Notes under the pieces: generated by a model
What the model saw: the letters and a program-made list of their open reading frames with translations, nothing else
Told to the model about the DNA's origin: nothing
The model's database searches: none
Shown: piece after piece, positions 1-9,644 of the stretch
Layout of the letters: each line of letters begins with the position of its first letter
How positions within the stretch are numbered: position 1 is the stretch's first letter
Position numbers and translations under genes: made by a program
NCBI RefSeq assembly: GCF_008189525.1
Contig: NZ_CP043314.1
Span: 150,001-182,000 of the forward strand
Source of the DNA: Candidatus Saccharimonadota bacterium
GTDB lineage: Bacteria; Pseudomonadota; Alphaproteobacteria; CAJXXZ01; 1604HC
Length of the DNA stretch: 32,000 nucleotides
Reading direction: 5' to 3'

Positions 1-2
1 CA

Positions 3-1919
3 TTGTTTTTATTTTTCTTTTCTGAGTTTAATGTCTGTTTAGGATTTATAGTTGGTGCTTTCCTTTCCTCAGTTTGTGGTATAGCAGGAATGCATGTAGC
101 TGTTGTTTCAAACATGAGAACTGCTCAAAAAGCTGAATCTGGAGTTTCTGATGCTTTTGAAGTTTCTTTTGGAGCTGGAAAAGTTACAGGACTCTTAATA
201 GGAGGAATAATAATATTTTCTGTTGTTTTTGCTCTATGGAATGAGTGTGGAACTAGAGTAATATCTGAATATGACTCTAATATTATGAAAAAAGTAACAA
301 AATCAGTTAATTTCAGTGATTTTTCTTATAACAGGATTTTGAAAATCTTGTTAGGTATGAGCTTTGGTGCTTCAGTTGTTTCAGTATTTGCTAGACTTGG
401 TGGTGGGATTTTTACAAAAGCTGCAGATGTTGGTGCAGATCTAGTTGGTAAAATAGAAAAAAATATACCAGAGGATGACCCTAGGAATCCAGCTGTAATA
501 GCTGATAATGTTGGTGATAATGTTGGTGATTGTGCTGGAACTTCTGCGGACATTTTTGAAACTTACATAGTAGGATTTATGGCTGCTTGTTACATATCTA
601 GTCAGTATTATGTTGATCCAATATTGTTTCTCATAATTTCTTTAAGCTCTATGCTTGGATCTTATATTGCTACAGAAATGTTTAGTAGAACTACAAATCC
701 ATTTAAAACTATGTTTAAGTTTATGATTTTTTCTCTTTGTGCTGCATGTATGTTTAATTTAGTAGGAATTTCATGCTACTTAAATTACATGGGATCTTTT
801 TCATATAACATGTTGTTTTATTTCTTTAAGCCATGTGCAGTAGGTATTTTGTCATCATTTGTAATTGTTGTTTTGACAAATTACTATACTTCTTATAGCT
901 GTTCTCCTGTAAAAAGAATTGCTAAAGCTTCAGAATCTGGACATGCTATGAATATAATGACTGGATTGGCTGTCTCTTTAGAATCTTGTTTTGGAATAAT
1001 AGTTTGTATGGTTTCTGCAATTTTGGGTTCTTATTACTTTGCTGATACTTTAGGAATAGCAATTTGTATAGTTTCAATGCTTAGTATCGTTATTACAGTT
1101 ATGACTTTGGATGCATATGGACCAATTACAGATAATGCAGGAGGTATCGCAGAAATGTCTAAAATGCCTGCTTCTGCAAGAGAGAATACTGACACTTTAG
1201 ATGCTTTAGGAAACACAACAAAAGCTCTTACGAAAGGATATTCTATAGGATCTGCAGCATTAGCTGCTTCTGCCGTGTTCTTTTCTTATTCACATGATCT
1301 GCTTTCTTATACTGGAGAAAATTTTGTTTTCTGTCTTACAAACCCATTTGTTGTGTCAGGAATGCTTATAGGTGGAGCTATAGTTTACTTGTATGCTTCT
1401 ATGTCTATTGAATCTGTTTCTGAAGTTGGGCAAGAGGTTGTAAAAGAAGTGCAAAATCAGTTTGCTGAAGATCCACTTATAATAGAAGGAAAATCAACCC
1501 CTAATTACTCTAGAACTGTTGAAATGCTAACTGAAAGATCTATTCAGAAAATGTTTTACCCTGTTTTAGTGGCTGTTGGAGTTCCATTAATTTGCTTTGC
1601 ATCTGTATATTTATTTTTTGGATCAAGTGCAGCATTTACTATTTTAGGTGGACTTATATCAGGTGTGACTATAGTTGGTATTTTTTCAGCTATATCAATG
1701 ACTAATGGTGGTGGTGCTTGGGATAATGCTAAGAAATACATTGAGCTTGGTTTTTATGGAGGTAAGGGATCTTATGCGCATAAAGCTGCAGTCACTGGTG
1801 ATACAGTAGGAGATCCTTATAAAGATACAGCAGGTCCTGCAATAAACCCTATGATGAAGATGGTTAATATAATAGCAATAGTTATTATATTGCTGTTCAA
1901 CAAGTATGGTCTTTTCTAG
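3..1919 (+). CDS. hppA: Membrane-integral H+-translocating pyrophosphatase, K+-independent type; 5' end cut by the window edge
   Basis: Carries hallmark PPase motifs: DNVGDNVGDCAG, DNAGGIAEM, GNTTKA, GGAWDNAKKYIE and GDTVGDPYKDTAGPAINP. It is polytopic and hydrophobic throughout. The ORF is open at the window start. Confidence 0.93.
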   Translation: MFLFFFSEFNVCLGFIVGAFLSSVCGIAGMHVAVVSNMRTAQKAESGVSDAFEVSFGAGKVTGLLIGGIIIFSVVFALWNECGTRVISEYDSNIMKKVTKSVNFSDFSYNRILKILLGMSFGASVVSVFARLGGGIFTKAADVGADLVGKIEKNIPEDDPRNPAVIADNVGDNVGDCAGTSADIFETYIVGFMAACYISSQYYVDPILFLIISLSSMLGSYIATEMFSRTTNPFKTMFKFMIFSLCAACMFNLVGISCYLNYMGSFSYNMLFYFFKPCAVGILSSFVIVVLTNYYTSYSCSPVKRIAKASESGHAMNIMTGLAVSLESCFGIIVCMVSAILGSYYFADTLGIAICIVSMLSIVITVMTLDAYGPITDNAGGIAEMSKMPASARENTDTLDALGNTTKALTKGYSIGSAALAASAVFFSYSHDLLSYTGENFVFCLTNPFVVSGMLIGGAIVYLYASMSIESVSEVGQEVVKEVQNQFAEDPLIIEGKSTPNYSRTVEMLTERSIQKMFYPVLVAVGVPLICFASVYLFFGSSAAFTILGGLISGVTIVGIFSAISMTNGGGAWDNAKKYIELGFYGGKGSYAHKAAVTGDTVGDPYKDTAGPAINPMMKMVNIIAIVIILLFNKYGLF

Positions 1920-4176
1920 TATTATTGAAAAAATAGAAGGTGCTTATAAGTCAGGTAAAGTGGTGTTTGTTTCTAATCTTGCTTCAGCTGAATTCTTACA
2001 CCATCGCGGGTTGAATGTTTTTGTTCTTGAAAACATTTTGTCAAAATTTTCTGACCCTGGAGTCAAATCTAAAAATACATATAAAAATATAAAGCTAAAT
2101 GAAAGAAAAAGTGATAAAAAAATTTCCTTTGGATATGTGTGTTCTTATATATTAGAAAAATGTAAGCAATCAGATTTGCTCTTTGTTTTAAGCGATTCTG
2201 GAGAATTCAAAAAACATGAAAACTTAATCAATGATTTTTTGCTCCTTGTTAACGAGGGGATAACTAAGAAAAAGAAACACGAAATTATAAAAATAAAAGA
2301 AAAATCCTTATTAAATGAGAAGTGTAAAGTTTTCGAAAATGTATTCGAAGAAGCTTCTTATATGTTAAAGAAACTGCGTACATCCAAGAATGCAGTAATA
2401 TCTTCAAGTGATACCACCCTTAACACAACGCTTCTTTCTATGGACAAAAGCTTAAAATCTTTTTCATGTCAAAATAAATATTACAATTCAAATCATTGTT
2501 TTCTTTTGATTTGTTCTGCAAAGATAAAGTTTGGTAAAGCGCTTGGGTTGGAAATATCTGAATTCTCTGCTACATCAGAATCTAATTACAAAGGTGGTTA
2601 TTTAGAGGCTAATGAATTTTATAAATATGACCAATTCAAAGAAAAGAAAACTTTTTATGAATTTAGTGAAATGCACTTAGATTTTATGAAAAAAAATATG
2701 AACTATAAAATTCCTGAAAAAATAATGCAAATTGTTTTTTTCAAAAAGCCTGCTCTTAGCGATGATTTAAGCTTAGAATCAAAATTAAATTTAATACGCA
2801 ATTCAAGTGTGCATAAGAAAAGCTTAGGTGATATTGTTAATGCATATAGTTTGAAAATAGACCAAGCAGATCTTAATCTTTCTGTGAAAGATCTTGACCC
2901 TTCAAGAAACTCGAATCTTTCTGTAAATGATGGTGATTATAGCTCAGAAAACACATGTAGAGCTAGTCTTTCTGATGATTGTGAAGTTTATTCTGATGTT
3001 CATAGGGTAGAAAATGGAAGTAATTTCTTGAGAGAGAAAATCTACGACATGAATTTTAATTCTGCTTTATTTGATTATATAGAGGGCTTAGAGCTTGAAT
3101 CTAAGGAAATAGACTGTGAGATGTATATTTCAATTTTGGAAAATATGTTAAAAAAAATCGACTTTGACGCTAGGGTAGATAGAAGTAATTTTGATATAGT
3201 TCCTTTAGAATCTGTGCCATTTTTGAAAGATAAAACAGAGATTATTGTAGGAGGGATTTGTTCAGCAGATTTGGAGCAATGCTCTCTCCTTACAAATGTC
3301 AACTTAAATAGTAAAATTTCACTTTCTTCTTATGGGAATAATGCTAACTCTTCTTTGAATGTAGCTAGTTTTGATAAGGTTACAAAATCAAAAAAAGGAA
3401 AATTACATAAACCAAAAGATAAGTATACAGATAAAGAGATTGACTTTTCTTATATGCCAAAAACTTTTTCTATTAGTGAAATTTCAAAGCTGTGCATAGA
3501 TCCTTATTCATTTTATGTTAAATCTGTGCTTGGCCTTATAGAAAAACATTATTCTTTTTTGAATATAGTCGGAATGTCTGTTCACAAAGCATTAGAGAAT
3601 TATGCAAAAAATTTAAATAAAGAAGAATGTGAGCAGATAATTTCTGAAAGTGGTTTGTCTAATTGGGGAAATCTGATTGCTGGTCAGAAAATAAAGAAAA
3701 TGCTTTATTACATAGATAGATTTTTCTTAAATCTCAAAACTTCTAATCAAGAATATGAAATTTTTACAGAAAAAGAATCTTATTTAAATATAGAAATGGA
3801 AAATGAGATATATAAGATATATGGAAGAATAGATTTTGTGTATAGGTTGAGCAATGGATCATGTGGTGTGGTTGAGTATAAAACAGGCTCTGTGCCATCT
3901 ATATCATCTGTTCTTAGAGGAGAAATGCCACAAATAATATATGAATTGGCAATGCTTAATAATATAGATTTCTCTGGGCATGTAAATGAAATTGGGGATA
4001 GTGGGTTTATGTCTCCTAAAGGTTTTTTGCCATTTACATATGTTCATTTTGTTCCAGAAGCAATTGAATCCACAAAAAAGTTACTAGATAGATTTTTAAT
4101 AAAAGATAGAGTGTTTTTCTCTACAAAATCTAATGAAAATTATAAGCTTAAGAATTTAATGAGAGATTACTCATGA
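1906..4176 (+). CDS. addB: AddB-like double-strand-break repair protein with a C-terminal PD-(D/E)XK nuclease motif; very divergent, with low-complexity inserts
   Basis: Lies directly upstream of the AddA-like helicase with an ATGA start/stop overlap, the typical alphaproteobacterial addB-addA arrangement. The C-terminal motif GRIDFVYRL...GVVEYKTG matches the RecB-family nuclease signature (D...E/D-x-K). The N-terminal two thirds are not recognisable by eye. Confidence 0.6.
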   Translation: MVFSSIIEKIEGAYKSGKVVFVSNLASAEFLHHRGLNVFVLENILSKFSDPGVKSKNTYKNIKLNERKSDKKISFGYVCSYILEKCKQSDLLFVLSDSGEFKKHENLINDFLLLVNEGITKKKKHEIIKIKEKSLLNEKCKVFENVFEEASYMLKKLRTSKNAVISSSDTTLNTTLLSMDKSLKSFSCQNKYYNSNHCFLLICSAKIKFGKALGLEISEFSATSESNYKGGYLEANEFYKYDQFKEKKTFYEFSEMHLDFMKKNMNYKIPEKIMQIVFFKKPALSDDLSLESKLNLIRNSSVHKKSLGDIVNAYSLKIDQADLNLSVKDLDPSRNSNLSVNDGDYSSENTCRASLSDDCEVYSDVHRVENGSNFLREKIYDMNFNSALFDYIEGLELESKEIDCEMYISILENMLKKIDFDARVDRSNFDIVPLESVPFLKDKTEIIVGGICSADLEQCSLLTNVNLNSKISLSSYGNNANSSLNVASFDKVTKSKKGKLHKPKDKYTDKEIDFSYMPKTFSISEISKLCIDPYSFYVKSVLGLIEKHYSFLNIVGMSVHKALENYAKNLNKEECEQIISESGLSNWGNLIAGQKIKKMLYYIDRFFLNLKTSNQEYEIFTEKESYLNIEMENEIYKIYGRIDFVYRLSNGSCGVVEYKTGSVPSISSVLRGEMPQIIYELAMLNNIDFSGHVNEIGDSGFMSPKGFLPFTYVHFVPEAIESTKKLLDRFLIKDRVFFSTKSNENYKLKNLMRDYS

Positions 4177-6431
4177 TTACTTGGATAAATGCTTCTGCTG
4201 GAAGTGGAAAAACTTACTACATAATTCAGAAAATAAAAGAAATTAAGCAATCAAATACAAATAAATCCAAATCTATATTGTGCTTGAGTTATAGCAACGC
4301 AGCTGCAAGTGAAATGTCTGAAAGAGTTGATAGTGAGTCAAGAAAAAATACATCATTTCATACAGTGCATAGTTTCTGTAATCTTGCTCTCAAAGATAAG
4401 TCTATTTCTGTTATAAATGAAAAAGAATCTGAAGCTCTAATAAACAAAGCGGTTGATATAAGCTTGAAATCTAATAAATTTCTAGAAGTTGTTTCTAGTT
4501 TTTATGACGAATCGAATAGTTTGTTTCAAAGTGTATACGAAGCAATTAAAAAGAACATTGAATTTAAGAAAGAGTTTCTGACAAAAGAGTTTCCAGAGTG
4601 GAATGGAATTAAGATAGATAAAAAAATAATAGATAGTCTTTCTGATGGTGGAAAATTAGAAATAAATCTTATGAATTCTTTACTTTATGAAAAATGTCAT
4701 ATGGGTGGAGCTCCTATAAAAAGTTTACTTACAGATTCAGGTCAGATTAGAAAGCGATTGTATAGTTCTGCTTGGAAAATTAGAAATCCTTTTTCAGCTT
4801 ATTTTATAGATGAGTATTGTATTAAAGTTTTTGAATATGTTCAGAAGAAAAAGACGTTCGATGCATATCAAAAGTCTGTTGCTATAACATCTTGGGTAAA
4901 TTGCATAAAAGATAATTACGAAAATTTGAAGAAAGAATCATCAGTTCTTGATTTTAATGACTTGATAAATAATGGAATAAAATTTATTTCAGAAAGTATT
5001 TATTCAGATAACATCGATGTGTTAGGACTGGATTATATATTTGTTGACGAAGCTCAGGATTTGTCAGAAAAACAGTGGGAATTTATATATGCCCTATTTG
5101 TGAAAGTGTTTAATTCAAATCCTAATGTTAAGCTATATGTGGTTGGTGATTCAAAGCAATCTATTTATGGGTTTCAAGGATCTTCTGTTTATGTTTATGA
5201 AGGAATGTACAAAAAAATGCAATATTTCGCTGAAGAAAATAAAATAAAATTTGCTACAGAGGTATTGAATAAATCATATAGAACATCTCCAGTTCTTTTG
5301 GATTACATAGATTCTACAATTTCAAGCACTTCTTGTAAGTCAAAACATTCTCCAGTTCATGAGTTTTCAGGGAGAGTTGAGATACATGAGTATGAGTCAG
5401 AAAAAGCTACCTATGGTTGGAATATAAAAAAAGCCAATGAAAGTGAATATCTAAATAAATGCCTTAGAAAAGTAATTGATCTGCAGGGTTGTAATTTATT
5501 TTCTGAAAACAGAGGGATTTCATTTAATGACATTATGGTTCTTACTAGAAGAAGAAATAGTGAATTGTTTAAGTTTGTTGAAATGTGTAAATCGAATAAT
5601 ATTCCTGTAAAAAAGAGTTTGTTTAAGTTTGGTTCTGAAGAGATAGTTCAGGAGCTTGTTAGTATTCTAAAGTTTGCAATTTATAACGATGACTTTTCAC
5701 TTGCATCTATTTTAAAGGGACCTTTCTTTAAGTGGGCAGAGCGTGATTTGCTAGAGGTTTGTTCTAGAAGGAAAGGAAGTATTTTTGATTCTTTAAACAA
5801 GAAAAATGACAAGCACTCAAAGGTCATAAAAACTTGCAGCAGATGGAAAAAGCTTTCCTTTAATCCAGTGGATTTTTATGGAAACTTATTGTTTAGTGAT
5901 GAATATGGTAAATTTCTTCTACAATCCTCTTTTTATGAGATAGTGATAGAGTTCTGGAATAAGGTTGTGGAATTTACTAAGAACAATATTGGCTCTCCAA
6001 TGATGTTTATAGAGTGGATAAATGGATTGTCTGAATCGTTCTGTTCAAAAGGTGAAGGAATATCAATTAGCACTATACACGGCTCAAAAGGACTAGAATC
6101 AAAAATAGTTATATTATTATTAAATGATTCAGATATAAAAAAGCAAAAGATAATTTTTCAAGATGGAATGATGGTATGGCCAGTTGATAATCCACTTTAC
6201 ATGACTTCTAAAAACCAACGTATGTTTGATGAAAATTTAGAAAATGAAAGATTGCTTTATGTGGCTCTTACGAGGCCTGTGGAGCAGTTGTATATATTTG
6301 TAAAGAAAGGGTCAAGCGCTTTTTATTCAGACATTATCATGTCTAGTTCTCGTGAATTTAAAAATGATAATGGAGTTCTATATAGTGGATCAGAATTGAC
6401 AAAAAGGAATAAAGACTGTATACCAGTCTAA
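4173..6431 (+). CDS. addA: UvrD/Rep superfamily-1 helicase, AddA-like, with no C-terminal nuclease domain
   Basis: Has SF1 motifs: Walker A ASAGSGKT, FVDEAQD, VGDSKQSIYGFQG, SYRTS, TIHGSKGLE and LLYVALTRP. The ORF ends about 45 aa after motif VI. Confidence 0.75.
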   Translation: MITWINASAGSGKTYYIIQKIKEIKQSNTNKSKSILCLSYSNAAASEMSERVDSESRKNTSFHTVHSFCNLALKDKSISVINEKESEALINKAVDISLKSNKFLEVVSSFYDESNSLFQSVYEAIKKNIEFKKEFLTKEFPEWNGIKIDKKIIDSLSDGGKLEINLMNSLLYEKCHMGGAPIKSLLTDSGQIRKRLYSSAWKIRNPFSAYFIDEYCIKVFEYVQKKKTFDAYQKSVAITSWVNCIKDNYENLKKESSVLDFNDLINNGIKFISESIYSDNIDVLGLDYIFVDEAQDLSEKQWEFIYALFVKVFNSNPNVKLYVVGDSKQSIYGFQGSSVYVYEGMYKKMQYFAEENKIKFATEVLNKSYRTSPVLLDYIDSTISSTSCKSKHSPVHEFSGRVEIHEYESEKATYGWNIKKANESEYLNKCLRKVIDLQGCNLFSENRGISFNDIMVLTRRRNSELFKFVEMCKSNNIPVKKSLFKFGSEEIVQELVSILKFAIYNDDFSLASILKGPFFKWAERDLLEVCSRRKGSIFDSLNKKNDKHSKVIKTCSRWKKLSFNPVDFYGNLLFSDEYGKFLLQSSFYEIVIEFWNKVVEFTKNNIGSPMMFIEWINGLSESFCSKGEGISISTIHGSKGLESKIVILLLNDSDIKKQKIIFQDGMMVWPVDNPLYMTSKNQRMFDENLENERLLYVALTRPVEQLYIFVKKGSSAFYSDIIMSSSREFKNDNGVLYSGSELTKRNKDCIPV

Positions 6432-6448
6432 GTGGAGTTTATTAATTA

Positions 6449-7072
6449 ATGCCTTCAAGTAATGCAAAATATAAAAAAGATAGATCTTATGGTGTAAACA
6501 TTTGGGGCAGAGCAAAAAGCCCTTTAAATGGGAAGAGAAATTCTAGACCAGGACAGCATGGTTCTAAGAGAATGAAAAAGCTTTCTAACTATGCTTTACA
6601 GCTTAGAGCTAAACAAATGTTCAGAGTTTACCATAATTTGAGAGAGAAGCAGTTTGTAAGACTTTTCAAGAATGCGATGAATGCAAAAGGTGATACCGGT
6701 TTGAATATGGTAAGAATTCTAGAGAGAACTTTAGTTACTTTTGTATATAGAATGAAGCTTGCTAGTACTATTTTCGCTGCTAGACAGTTAGTAGTTCATC
6801 ATCATGTTTTGGTTAATGGAAAAAGAGTAGACAAACCTTCTTACCTTCTTGCGGTTGGAGACGTTGTTACTTTAGCTGAAAAGTCTAAGAATATAGGAAA
6901 TATAAGAGCAGCTACAGAATCTGAAGAGAGAGATGTCCCTGGTTACTACGAAGTGACTGAAGATGGAATTGTAGGAAAGCTTTTGAAGTTTCCTGATAAC
7001 TTGGATGAGGTTCCATATCCTTCTCAGATGAATATGGATCTTGTTGTAGAATATTACTCTAGATCTATTTAA
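6449..7072 (+). CDS. rpsD: 30S ribosomal protein S4
   Basis: The N-terminus AKYKKDRSYGVNIWGRAKSPLNGKRNSRPGQHG...LSNYALQLRAKQ is alphaproteobacterial S4-like. It also has an S4 RNA-binding domain (ARQLVVHHHVLVNGKRVDKPSY). Confidence 0.95.
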   Translation: MPSSNAKYKKDRSYGVNIWGRAKSPLNGKRNSRPGQHGSKRMKKLSNYALQLRAKQMFRVYHNLREKQFVRLFKNAMNAKGDTGLNMVRILERTLVTFVYRMKLASTIFAARQLVVHHHVLVNGKRVDKPSYLLAVGDVVTLAEKSKNIGNIRAATESEERDVPGYYEVTEDGIVGKLLKFPDNLDEVPYPSQMNMDLVVEYYSRSI

Positions 7073-7282
7073 TCTGAGTTGATATTTTTTTTAGATACTT
7101 TTTTCAAATTCAAAATTTATAAGTTTTGGATATGATTAGTAAATATTTATATATTCTGAAATATGTTTATTTTAATATAATATTACTGATTTATTTAATG
7201 TATCTTTGTTGTTTAAAAAGTCTTATATAATTGATTTATTAGTTGTATAATGACGCATCAGTTTTTGTGAAGGAGTGTTTAT

Positions 7283-7441
7283 ATGGCAAAAAAGAAAAAC
7301 AAGGCCCCCTTTGTCCTTTTGCGTAATGGTGGTGAGTTTTACATAACTAATAAAAGCAGAACAATGGAAGGCAAGCTATCTTTGATGAAATATAGCAAAA
7401 AGCAAAGAAAGCATGTTCTATTTACTGAAAAGAAGAAATAA
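7283..7441 (+). CDS. rpmG: 50S ribosomal protein L33 (52 aa; below the size cutoff of the supplied ORF track)
   Basis: My translation is MAKKKNKAPFVLLRNGGEFYITNKSRTMEGKLSLMKYSKKQRKHVLFTEKKK. This matches the L33 pattern (MAKK..., R.TM.EKL.L.KY....RKHVLF.E.K). An AAGGAG Shine-Dalgarno lies 7 nt upstream of the ATG. Confidence 0.85.
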   Translation: MAKKKNKAPFVLLRNGGEFYITNKSRTMEGKLSLMKYSKKQRKHVLFTEKKK

Positions 7442-7572
7442 TTATTAATCTGAGTTTTCTCAGGTGAATGATTTGTTTTATTAAGCGATTATTAATCTAA
7501 ATCTAATATTACATCGTGTTAACTTCTAATTTATAAGATATTTTATAGGATTTTTGATTTAGTATAGCATTT

Positions 7573-7600
7573 TATTTAGATTTGTTTTGTAATCTAAATA
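7573..7600. promoter_or_regulatory. Perfect 10-bp inverted repeat TATTTAGATT-N8-AATCTAAATA about 100 bp upstream of clpP; candidate operator or RNA hairpin
   Basis: I read this directly from the sequence. A third half-site, AATCTAAAT, lies at 7494-7502. The repeat is AT-only, so the chance expectation is not negligible. Confidence 0.3.
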
Positions 7601-7697
7601 CATCAAAGCTTAAATTAGCTTTATTTTTAATTTTTGCTAATACTAGGAATACTTTTGTTTTAATGTTTTTTATATTAAAAAGTGAAATGGAGTAATA

Positions 7698-8306
7698 ATG
7701 AATGTAATACCTTCTGTAATTGATCAAACCATTAAGGGAGAAAGATCTTACGATATATTTTCCAGACTTCTGAAGGATAGAATTATATTTCTTACAGGAG
7801 AAATAAATGATGAAGTAGCCACGTTAATATGTGCGCAAATACTATTTCTAGAATCTCAAAGTAGTGAAGATATTTACATATATATTAACTCTCCAGGTGG
7901 ATCAATTACCTCTGCTTTAGCAATATATGATACGATGCAATTTGTAAGTATAAACGTAAATACTGTTTGTATGGGGCAGGCTTGTTCAGCAGGTTCTATG
8001 CTTTTATGTGCAGGGAAGAAAAGATTTATTTTGAAAAATGCTCGTGTTTTGCTACATCAACCTTTAGGTCAAATGAAAGGTCAAGCAAAAGATTTAGATA
8101 TATATGTAACAGAAATAAATAGACTGAAAGATATAGTGTTAGAAATATACTACAGCCACACTGGTATAGATAGAAAAAAACTAGAATCTTTTTTTGATAG
8201 AGATACATTTTTTAGAGCAGATGAATCTAAAAAACTTGGAATAATAGATGAGATAATGGAAAAAGACTCTAAGAAAACATTAAAAAGAAGCATTACTAAG
8301 AAATAA
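7698..8306 (+). CDS. clpP: ATP-dependent Clp protease proteolytic subunit
   Basis: ERSYDIFSRLLKDRIIFL, MGQACSAGSMLL (catalytic Ser), LLHQPLG (His) and DRDTFF (Asp) are all present. A GGAG lies upstream of the ATG. Confidence 0.95.
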   Translation: MNVIPSVIDQTIKGERSYDIFSRLLKDRIIFLTGEINDEVATLICAQILFLESQSSEDIYIYINSPGGSITSALAIYDTMQFVSINVNTVCMGQACSAGSMLLCAGKKRFILKNARVLLHQPLGQMKGQAKDLDIYVTEINRLKDIVLEIYYSHTGIDRKKLESFFDRDTFFRADESKKLGIIDEIMEKDSKKTLKRSITKK

Positions 8307-8453
8307 TTTCATTGATATTGCTAAATTCTACTTTTAGTTTAGTGTTTATTTAAAATATTAATATAAGATTTTTAGTGAAGTTAATTTGTATAGACGTTAT
8401 TAGATTTTCGTATGTTTTTTTGTATAAGTTTGATTTAAACAGGGGGGATATAT

Positions 8454-9644
8454 ATGAACAAAAGTAAGGTATTAAACAAAGAGCCTATAATATGTTCTTT
8501 TTGTCGTAAAGATCAATTTGTTGTAGAAAAATTGATAGCAGGACCAGGTGTGTTTATATGTAATGAATGTGTTGATTTATGCGAAAAAATGATCAAAGAA
8601 CATAAAAAAACAGAGCCTAAAGATCATAAAATACTATTTCCTGGTGAGATAAAAGAAAGTTTAGACGAGTATGTAATAGGGCAAGAGACTCCAAAAAAAA
8701 TTCTTTCAGTTGCTATTTATAACCATTACAACAGAATAAATGCAAATGAAAAAGAAGATAATATTGAAAAATCAAATATTTTACTCATAGGTCCAACTGG
8801 GTCTGGAAAAACATTTTTAGCAAAAACTTTAGCAAAAACTATAGATGTTCCATTTGTTATAGCAGATGCAACAACTTTTACAGAAGCAGGGTATGTCGGT
8901 GAAGATGTAGAAAGTATTCTATTTAATTTAATTCAAGCTTCTGACATGAATGTGAACTTGGCAGAAAGAGGAATAATATATATAGATGAGATAGATAAGA
9001 TAGCAAGAACATCTGAGAATAAATCTATCTCCAGAGATGTTTCAGGAGAAGGGGTGCAGCAAGCTTTACTTAAGCTAGTGGAAGGAACTAAAATAAATAT
9101 CCCACAGAAATTACAAGAAAAAATGAGGGGTGGTATTGTAAAAAACCAAATTGATACAAGCAATATACTTTTCATATGTGGAGGTGCTTTTGCCGATTTA
9201 GATTCATTGATTGAAGAAAAAGCATCAATAGGGTTTCAAAAGAAAAATGAAATTTTAGATAAAAAGATAGAAAATAATCATTTGATCAAATTTGGATTGA
9301 TTCCAGAACTGATTGGTAGATTTCCTATTGTTGCAAAACTGGACAAGATAGATAAAGATTCACTTGTTAGTATAATGAAAGATTCAAAAAATTCACTTAT
9401 TAAGCAATATAAGCGTTTATTTAAATTAAGCAATGTTATTCTAGATGTTACAGATGGAGCTATAGAATTAATAGCAGAAAAAGCTTTGGAAAAAGGCTCT
9501 GGAGCAAGAGGATTGAAATCTATTCTTGAATCAATATTTTTAGATCCTATGTTTGATATAAAAAGAGATATAGGCCCTATGTCTTTAAATATAAATGAAA
9601 ATAACATTGAGAAGAAAAAGTTCAAGTTAGAAAAAAGAAACTAA
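8454..9644 (+). CDS. clpX: ATP-dependent Clp protease ATP-binding subunit ClpX
   Basis: Has the N-terminal C4 zinc finger (CSFCRK...CNECVDLC), Walker A GPTGSGKT, Walker B IIYIDEIDKI and GLIPELIGRFP. A GGGGGG-type Shine-Dalgarno lies upstream. Confidence 0.95.
   Translation: MNKSKVLNKEPIICSFCRKDQFVVEKLIAGPGVFICNECVDLCEKMIKEHKKTEPKDHKILFPGEIKESLDEYVIGQETPKKILSVAIYNHYNRINANEKEDNIEKSNILLIGPTGSGKTFLAKTLAKTIDVPFVIADATTFTEAGYVGEDVESILFNLIQASDMNVNLAERGIIYIDEIDKIARTSENKSISRDVSGEGVQQALLKLVEGTKINIPQKLQEKMRGGIVKNQIDTSNILFICGGAFADLDSLIEEKASIGFQKKNEILDKKIENNHLIKFGLIPELIGRFPIVAKLDKIDKDSLVSIMKDSKNSLIKQYKRLFKLSNVILDVTDGAIELIAEKALEKGSGARGLKSILESIFLDPMFDIKRDIGPMSLNINENNIEKKKFKLEKRN

Noticed and set aside
326-1741. 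Minus-strand ORFs of 60-75 aa inside hppA (326-553, 1034-1216, 1556-1741)
   Set aside because: They lie entirely antisense to a strongly supported conserved CDS. Their products are low-complexity and they have no Shine-Dalgarno. These are typical shadow ORFs.
7070-7456. TAATCTGAGTT immediately after the stop of rpsD (7070-7080) and just after rpmG (7446-7456)
   Set aside because: An 11-mer shared once within 32 kb of AT-rich sequence is within chance expectation. Only the second copy forms a weak CTGAG-TTTT-CTCAG hairpin.
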